From positions 1-41,642 of the forward strand of contig CAZMIO010000010.1 of NCBI GenBank assembly GCA_964566535.1: 41,642 nucleotides of DNA. Direction: 5' to 3'. The notes beneath the pieces were generated by a model. It had not been told where the DNA came from. It searched no databases and saw only the letters and a program-made list of their open reading frames with translations. This DNA is from an uncultured Methanosarcinales archaeon (lineage in GTDB: Archaea > Nanobdellota > Nanobdellia > Woesearchaeales > CAZOXR01). Of this stretch, positions 36,476-41,642 are shown piece by piece. The number at the start of each line of letters is the position of its first letter. The stretch's first letter is position 1. The position numbers were made by a program, and so were the translations under genes.

Positions 36476-36624
36476 CTAGTCTTTCCTCTCTTCTTTAGCT
36501 CATTCTCCATGAATTTTTCGATTTGCTTGCTTAGAACTAGGCCTTCTTCTTCACAAATCTCTTTATACAAATCTTTAATATTCTTATTTACAGAAAGTGT
36601 TAACTTATCGTTGCCTTTTTTCAT
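36472..36624 (-). CDS. Ribbon-helix-helix transcriptional regulator (not in the ORF track)
   Basis: Manual translation MKKGNDKLTLSVNKNIKDLYKEICEEEGLVLSKQIEKFMENELKKRGKTR; ATGA overlap with the 957-aa gene. Confidence 0.75.
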   Translation of the reverse strand: MKKGNDKLTLSVNKNIKDLYKEICEEEGLVLSKQIEKFMENELKKRGKTR

Positions 36625-36626
36625 AT

Positions 36627-36683
36627 TGTACGTACGTAAACATTTTAAGCTGTCTATGTACGTACAGCTTTATAAAGGTTTCG
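36627..36683 (-). promoter_or_regulatory. BRE/TATA plus two GTACGTAC palindromes (candidate RHH operator)
   Basis: TGTACGTAC at 36627 and 36657 (30 bp apart), between TTTATAAA and the ATG. Confidence 0.6.
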
Positions 36684-36756
36684 GTTAAATAGGTTACGTT
36701 GGACATTCTTATTACAATAGAAATATTTATAAGGATTTAATCAAAAAGTGACTTGT

Positions 36757-37194
36757 ATGAAAAAAAGAGGGCAAGGTAGTTCTGAGTATTTGATCATATT
36801 AGGAGTTATTATCTTGATTGCAGGCATTATTCCTTTTTCGATGAAGGGCCAATCTGGAGAGTGGGCTTCTTCTTCATTCTGGGGGTTAGCTGATATATCA
36901 GTAACTAGCTATTCTCTTTCTGCTGGAACTGATGAGTTTAAGGCGAATATTGGGAATAATATAGGGCATAGTATTTCTTCTTTGGCTGTTACAATTGGTG
37001 ATGCTCCGTTTGATTGTGAGGAAACTACATTGTCTGCTGGGCAGAAAACATCATGTACCGGACGGCTTTCCTGCGAAAGTAAGGGGGAGAAATATAGTTT
37101 TGATGTGGATATTGAATATAGTGATGATGATACTGGAAATGTGAGAGATTATACTGGAGAAAGGTATAGATTAGAAGGTAAGTGTGTTAAGTGA
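36757..37194 (+). CDS. Archaeal type IV pilin-like protein (class III signal peptide)
   Basis: MKKRG/QGSSEYLIILGVIILIA. Confidence 0.85.
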   Translation: MKKRGQGSSEYLIILGVIILIAGIIPFSMKGQSGEWASSSFWGLADISVTSYSLSAGTDEFKANIGNNIGHSISSLAVTIGDAPFDCEETTLSAGQKTSCTGRLSCESKGEKYSFDVDIEYSDDDTGNVRDYTGERYRLEGKCVK

Positions 37195-37249
37195 ATATTT
37201 TCTTTTTTAGTAATGTTTTTAATGATATTTGGGTTTCTCAGCTGATAAT

Positions 37250-37855
37250 ATGGATCCGGTCGAAGTCGTAAGTAAGTATCAACAATATAAATATAGGTCT
37301 AGGTTTCTTAAATTGGGAGATCATGCAGATCAATTTCTGGAACTTGCTCAGGCTGGCGTATTTGTGGGATTTGCTGATTCTTTTCAATATAAGGATGGGG
37401 GGTATGTTCTGGTAGGAGATCATGAGGTAGGAAAATCTAGGACAAATGGTAAGTTTGTTAGCTGGTATAACAGATATAGTAGGAGATTATCTATGGATGA
37501 TACTTTATTTTGTTATGATGGGAATCAATTACTTGTTCATGAAACTCCACTTGGCCTAATAGATTTTTCTCCAGTTATTGAAAGAAGAGAGGGCATTCCT
37601 GTAAAGTCTTTTTTTTATCTAACACACCATCGTATCCCTGTTGAAGTGGAGTTAGATTTGGTTCTTGAGCGTATGTTTAGGTTTCCAAGTGATCCAAAGT
37701 GGGAAGATGTAGATCCTAGAATAAAGGAAGCATGTTATGGGGCATTTAGTGATATCCCCCTTATTCAATTACCTCATGAAGAGACTCTTGATATAAGGAC
37801 TAGAAATCTTAAAAGAATAATAGATGATGAATTAGGAGTTAGGGATTCTCAATAA
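37250..37855 (+). CDS. Hypothetical P-loop protein, HPr-kinase-like
   Basis: VLVGDHEVGKS followed by LSMDD. Confidence 0.5.
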   Translation: MDPVEVVSKYQQYKYRSRFLKLGDHADQFLELAQAGVFVGFADSFQYKDGGYVLVGDHEVGKSRTNGKFVSWYNRYSRRLSMDDTLFCYDGNQLLVHETPLGLIDFSPVIERREGIPVKSFFYLTHHRIPVEVELDLVLERMFRFPSDPKWEDVDPRIKEACYGAFSDIPLIQLPHEETLDIRTRNLKRIIDDELGVRDSQ

Positions 37856-37897
37856 AAACTCCAAACATTTAAATATTATCTAGTTTAATTATTTCTT

Positions 37898-38872
37898 ATG
37901 AAGAAAGTTGGAATTATTGGAGCATCTGGATATACGGGCTATGAGTTAGTTAAACTGCTAACTGAGCATTCTAAGGTAGATTTGATGGTGCTGAACAGTA
38001 GATCTTATGCTGGGAAGAAGGTTAAGGAGCTTTATCCTTACTTTGATGAGGATATTAAGTTTACTGGCTATAGTATTGATGAAATTAATAGTTTGAATCT
38101 TGATTTGTTGTTTTTGGCTTTGCCACATGGAGAATCTATGAAAATAGTGCCTAAGCTTAAGAAACGGATGAAAATTGTTGATTTGGGTGCTGATTATAGA
38201 TTTAAGAAGTTTGAAAAGTTTGAGGAAGTTTATGGTATTTCACATTCAGATAAGGGTAGAAAGGCAGTTTTTGGGCTTCCTGAGCTGTTCCGCGAGAAGA
38301 TAAAGAAGGCTAAATTGGTTGCAAATCCTGGTTGTTATGTTACTGCTAGTGTTCTTGCTGGTTTGCCTATACAGAAATTTGCTAAATATATTGTTTTTGA
38401 CTGTAAATCTGGTTGGAGTGGGGCTGGGAAGGAATCAGTTTATGCAAAGGATGAGGATGTGATTAAGGACAATATACAAGCATATAAATTGGTGAAGCAT
38501 AGACACAAATATGAGATTGAGCAGTTTGTTAAGACTAAGATGAGCTTTACACCACATGTTATTAATACTTATAGAGGTCTTATGTGTACGATGCATGCTG
38601 TTTTAAGAGATGGGCTTAGTCGGGAAGAAATTTTGAAGTTGTATAAAGAATACTATAAGGGAGAAGGTTTTGTTAAGGTAATGAACGAGGTTCCGGATTT
38701 GCACAAGGTTCAAGAGACTAATGAATGTTCTATTGGTGGGTTTGAGATTGATGAGAATAACCAATTGGTCGTTGTTAGTGTTATTGACAATTTGATTAAA
38801 GGGGCTTCTGGGCAGGCTGTTCAGAATATGAACTTAATGTTGGGTTTCTTGGAAAACGAGGGGTTAAAATGA
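37898..38872 (+). CDS. argC: N-acetyl-gamma-glutamyl-phosphate reductase
   Basis: GASGYTG, LALPHG, DLGADYR, ANPGCY, SGWSGAG, IDNLIKGASGQAVQNMN. Confidence 0.96.
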   Translation: MKKVGIIGASGYTGYELVKLLTEHSKVDLMVLNSRSYAGKKVKELYPYFDEDIKFTGYSIDEINSLNLDLLFLALPHGESMKIVPKLKKRMKIVDLGADYRFKKFEKFEEVYGISHSDKGRKAVFGLPELFREKIKKAKLVANPGCYVTASVLAGLPIQKFAKYIVFDCKSGWSGAGKESVYAKDEDVIKDNIQAYKLVKHRHKYEIEQFVKTKMSFTPHVINTYRGLMCTMHAVLRDGLSREEILKLYKEYYKGEGFVKVMNEVPDLHKVQETNECSIGGFEIDENNQLVVVSVIDNLIKGASGQAVQNMNLMLGFLENEGLK

Positions 38873-39729
38873 AACACTTACGGAACTTGGATGATTTTTC
38901 GAAGGATGAGCTGAATGATATAATTGATAGGGCTATTGATATTAAGGAAGAGCCTGAGAAGTATTATGAAATTTTGAAGAATAAGACGCTTGCTATGTTG
39001 TTTCAGAAAACTTCTACTAGAACAAGGATGAGTTTTGAGGCTGGAATGACTCAGTTAGGCGGACATGCGATATTTTTGGATTGGAAGACTACGAACTTGA
39101 CATTAGGTAGTTTGAAGGATGAGATTAAGTGTATTGCACGGTATTCTGATATTATAATGGCAAGGGTTTTTGCTCACAAAGATATTGAGACGATTGCAGA
39201 GGCATCTTCTGTTCCCATTATTAATGGTTTGAGTGATGATTACCATCCATGCCAGGCAATTGCTGATTTGATGACTATTAAAGAGAAGTTTAAGAAGTTC
39301 AAGGGTGTTAAACTAGCTTATGTTGGAGATGGTAATAATGTTTGTAATTCACTTATATTGGCTTGTGGTAAATTAGGGGTTGAGTTGAGAGTTGCTACGC
39401 CAAAAGGTTATGGGCCGAAGGAGAAGGGTGTTAAGGTTGTTAGTGACCCTAAGGTGGCTGTTAAAGGTGCCCATGTAGTTTATACTGATACTTGGGTTTC
39501 AATGGGTCAGGAAAAGGAGAAGGCTAAGAGAGTAAAGGCTTTTAAGGGATTTATTGTTGATAAGAAATTGTTAGGCAAGGCGCTTTTTATGCATTGTTTG
39601 CCTGCTCATAGAGGTTATGAGGTTAGTGATGATGTTATTGATTCTAAGCAGAGTATCGTGTTTGATCAGGCTGAGAACAGAATGCATGCTCAGAAAGCTA
39701 TTATTCTGAAGTTGTTGGGTAAGGTTTAG
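38869..39729 (+). CDS. argF: Ornithine carbamoyltransferase
   Basis: STRTR, HPCQ, DTWVSMG, HCLP, QAENR. Confidence 0.97.
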   Translation: MKHLRNLDDFSKDELNDIIDRAIDIKEEPEKYYEILKNKTLAMLFQKTSTRTRMSFEAGMTQLGGHAIFLDWKTTNLTLGSLKDEIKCIARYSDIIMARVFAHKDIETIAEASSVPIINGLSDDYHPCQAIADLMTIKEKFKKFKGVKLAYVGDGNNVCNSLILACGKLGVELRVATPKGYGPKEKGVKVVSDPKVAVKGAHVVYTDTWVSMGQEKEKAKRVKAFKGFIVDKKLLGKALFMHCLPAHRGYEVSDDVIDSKQSIVFDQAENRMHAQKAIILKLLGKV

Positions 39730-39792
39730 TTAACTACTTATTAGTGGTTAATAATGGAAAGGTTTATAAAGGGTAATCTCTTCTATTGTGCT

Positions 39793-40590
39793 ATGGGAAT
39801 TAATAGAGTTGTTGGCGGAACGCTTTTGATAGCAAGTTTAGCTAGTGTTGTTAGTGGATGTAAGGAACCTGAAGGTTTGATATCTAGAACAGAAAAGGAA
39901 TTTAAGCTTCCTGAGAGATCTGGTGAAGTAAGTTTTCTTGACACTATTGGGTATAGTGATCCACCGACAGCTGTTGAATCCACTACTCCTTATAGTGATT
40001 CTGATAACTCAACTTCAAATGAACCTGATAACTCGACACCGCCTGAAGAATTACCTTCAGATTTAGACGATGGGATCGATTTTCCAACTGATTATGGATC
40101 TTTATTGAATATGGTCCAAGATGTTGTTAGTGATGGGGTTGCGAAGTATCCTTATCTTGCTACAGATAGGCCAAATTGTTCTATTGTATCGGGAGACTGG
40201 GCTTTTAAGTTAAGAGATTATTCTGCTGAAAAGATTCTTGCAGCTTCTAAATATATTAGGTATGAAGGCCTTTATCAGATTTCAAGAGTACATTATTTTG
40301 CTATTGTTCCAACTGATACAGAATCAATCATTGTGGATGGTACTTATCGTCAGTTCTTAGTGGGGGGAGATGAAAATCCAGATAATGAGGCATTAAGAGC
40401 AGCTTTACCTGATATTTATGTAGGAAATTTAGAAGGATTGCATGAGTTATTTAGGGCTAATAAGGCATTATTAGCACCTCATGTTAGGGATAATATTATG
40501 GAAGTTGAGGGAACAAATGAAGTTACTGATGGGCATGTGCGTAAATTGGTGGATGCTGTGTATGGTGAAGTTGAGAGTAGGATGTCTTAA
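39793..40590 (+). CDS. Lipoprotein with transglutaminase/papain-like C-H-D triad
   Basis: VSGC lipobox, S/P/D linker, PNCSIVS...HYFAIV...IIVDGTYRQF. Confidence 0.6.
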   Translation: MGINRVVGGTLLIASLASVVSGCKEPEGLISRTEKEFKLPERSGEVSFLDTIGYSDPPTAVESTTPYSDSDNSTSNEPDNSTPPEELPSDLDDGIDFPTDYGSLLNMVQDVVSDGVAKYPYLATDRPNCSIVSGDWAFKLRDYSAEKILAASKYIRYEGLYQISRVHYFAIVPTDTESIIVDGTYRQFLVGGDENPDNEALRAALPDIYVGNLEGLHELFRANKALLAPHVRDNIMEVEGTNEVTDGHVRKLVDAVYGEVESRMS

Positions 40591-40635
40591 TAAACATAGA
40601 ATTTCTTTCTATAACCACAATATTTTAAGTTTTTA

Positions 40636-41448
40636 TTAACAATCCATCGGACTGATAACTTCTTTAATGTCATTGGTTTTTTGTCTGTTATATCCTAGAG
40701 TTGTTGAAGTTCTTGAGTGACCTAATATTTTTTGAATTTTATGTACTGGAACTTCATTTTCTAGTAAATGTGTTGTAAAGCTGGCTCTTAGAAGATGAGG
40801 GTATACTCTCTTATTTATTCCTGCTTTTTTTGCTGCATTTTTGATTATTTCTTCTGCTGTTCTTACAGAGATGTGGCTGCCTCTAATGCTGTCAAAGAGA
40901 TATGTTGAATCATTATCTCTTTTTCTTAAATAAAAATTCATTTCTCTTAAGAACCGCTCAGAGGTTATTATATATCTGTCTTTTTTTCCTTTTCCGCTCT
41001 TGATGAAGATAATCTTTTGTTTAACATCAATATCATTTAGTTTAATCTTTACTGTTTCTTCTATTCTGGTTCCAGAAGAGTAAAGAAATGTAATGAGGAG
41101 CTTATGTTTAGGGTTAGTTGTGTTGTGAATCATTGAGTAAATTTCGTCTTTGCTTAGAATTCTTGGTAAATCTTTTTCAATCTTTGTTCTTTTAACCCTC
41201 TTAAATAGTTGCTTGTTCATAAAATCAGAATAATAGAATTTTAATGCACTGTGTGCTAAATTAGTGGTTCTTGGTCTGGCTTTCTTATTTACGAGATAAG
41301 TTAAATATTTCTTTATGTCATCTGAATTGATATCTCTTGGGCTTTTCTGAATGAATTCAATGAACTTTTCATTAAAATACAAATAATTCTTAATTGATTT
41401 TTCGCTATAGCCCCTTAATTTTAATTCATTAACTAGATTACCGAACAT
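40636..41448 (-). CDS. XerA-like tyrosine recombinase
   Basis: LKLRGYSEKSIKNY N-terminal SAM-like domain; SSGTR, GKGKKDR, HLLR, LGH, TTLGY catalytic set; GAGGTG RBS before ATG 41448. Confidence 0.93.
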   Translation of the reverse strand: MFGNLVNELKLRGYSEKSIKNYLYFNEKFIEFIQKSPRDINSDDIKKYLTYLVNKKARPRTTNLAHSALKFYYSDFMNKQLFKRVKRTKIEKDLPRILSKDEIYSMIHNTTNPKHKLLITFLYSSGTRIEETVKIKLNDIDVKQKIIFIKSGKGKKDRYIITSERFLREMNFYLRKRDNDSTYLFDSIRGSHISVRTAEEIIKNAAKKAGINKRVYPHLLRASFTTHLLENEVPVHKIQKILGHSRTSTTLGYNRQKTNDIKEVISPMDC

Positions 41449-41502
41449 TAAAACCACCTCTTTTCTAAACTGTTAGGAAGCTTTCTAGTTTATATGTTTT
41501 TT

Positions 41503-41529
41503 GAGGGTGTTTGTCCAGTGGGTTGTGGT
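41503..41529 (-). promoter_or_regulatory. Conserved motif upstream of TATA, copy 3 (recombinase promoter)
   Basis: 26/27 identical to 18217-18243; TATAAA begins at 41494; partial inverted copy CCACTGGACA at 41581-41590. Confidence 0.7.
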
Positions 41530-41642
41530 CCATTAGAATAGTCTATAAACCTTGAATTTATCACTTTTAGCCCCTATAATCCACTGGACACAAAGATCCG
41601 GATTTTATTTGAGAACAATTAGACTGCGTCTAATAGTTGTTA

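Noticed and set aside
40636..41448. Integron integrase (IntI)
   Set aside because: Only about 270 aa, with no IntI-specific insertion before HxxR and no canonical attC cassette array.
18217..41529. 23.3-kb integrated element bounded by 27-bp attL/attR
   Set aside because: A third copy lies inside, one copy is within the nth insert, all three sit at a fixed distance from TATA boxes, and the interval has no replication, transfer or virion genes. Kept only as an alternative hypothesis.

Overview
Low-GC archaeal DNA. Gene content and order suggest a DPANN lineage, probably Woesearchaeota-like (inference, not tested). 0.4-5.1 kb is the RNase P/proteasome/exosome superoperon (pop5-psmA-sdo1-rrp4-rrp41-rrp42-rpoK-DUF357). 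It is followed by nnrD, an r-protein cluster (S19e-PDCD5-L39e-L31e), an Lhr helicase, three atypical cupredoxin surface proteins, DUF1385, nth, a free-standing LAGLIDADG gene, a YprB-like nuclease and hisF-HAD-hisH. Next come two ParA/MinD ATPases around a rearranged signalling block (SBP, HAMP-PAS-PAS sensor, MntA/HepT, hemerythrin, truncated cheR, KaiC-like ATPase), then a pilin, argC-argF and a XerA-like recombinase. Five signals stand out. (1) The LAGLIDADG gene sits in a ~1.5 kb insert in nth that supplies a new, diverged nth 3' end, while the original 3' end lies stranded at 18420-18515. (2) A 19-27 bp motif sits at identical spacing upstream of the TATA boxes of three DNA-processing genes. 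(3) Two tandem, covarying structured elements lie in a long leader and are related to a composite element upstream of both ParA/MinD genes. (4) A family of short palindromes forms arrays and has inserted in frame into Lhr. (5) Kinase-less sensors share a C-terminal EEVFG tail. No tRNA, rRNA or CRISPR array was recognised. All calls are by eye, with no database searches.
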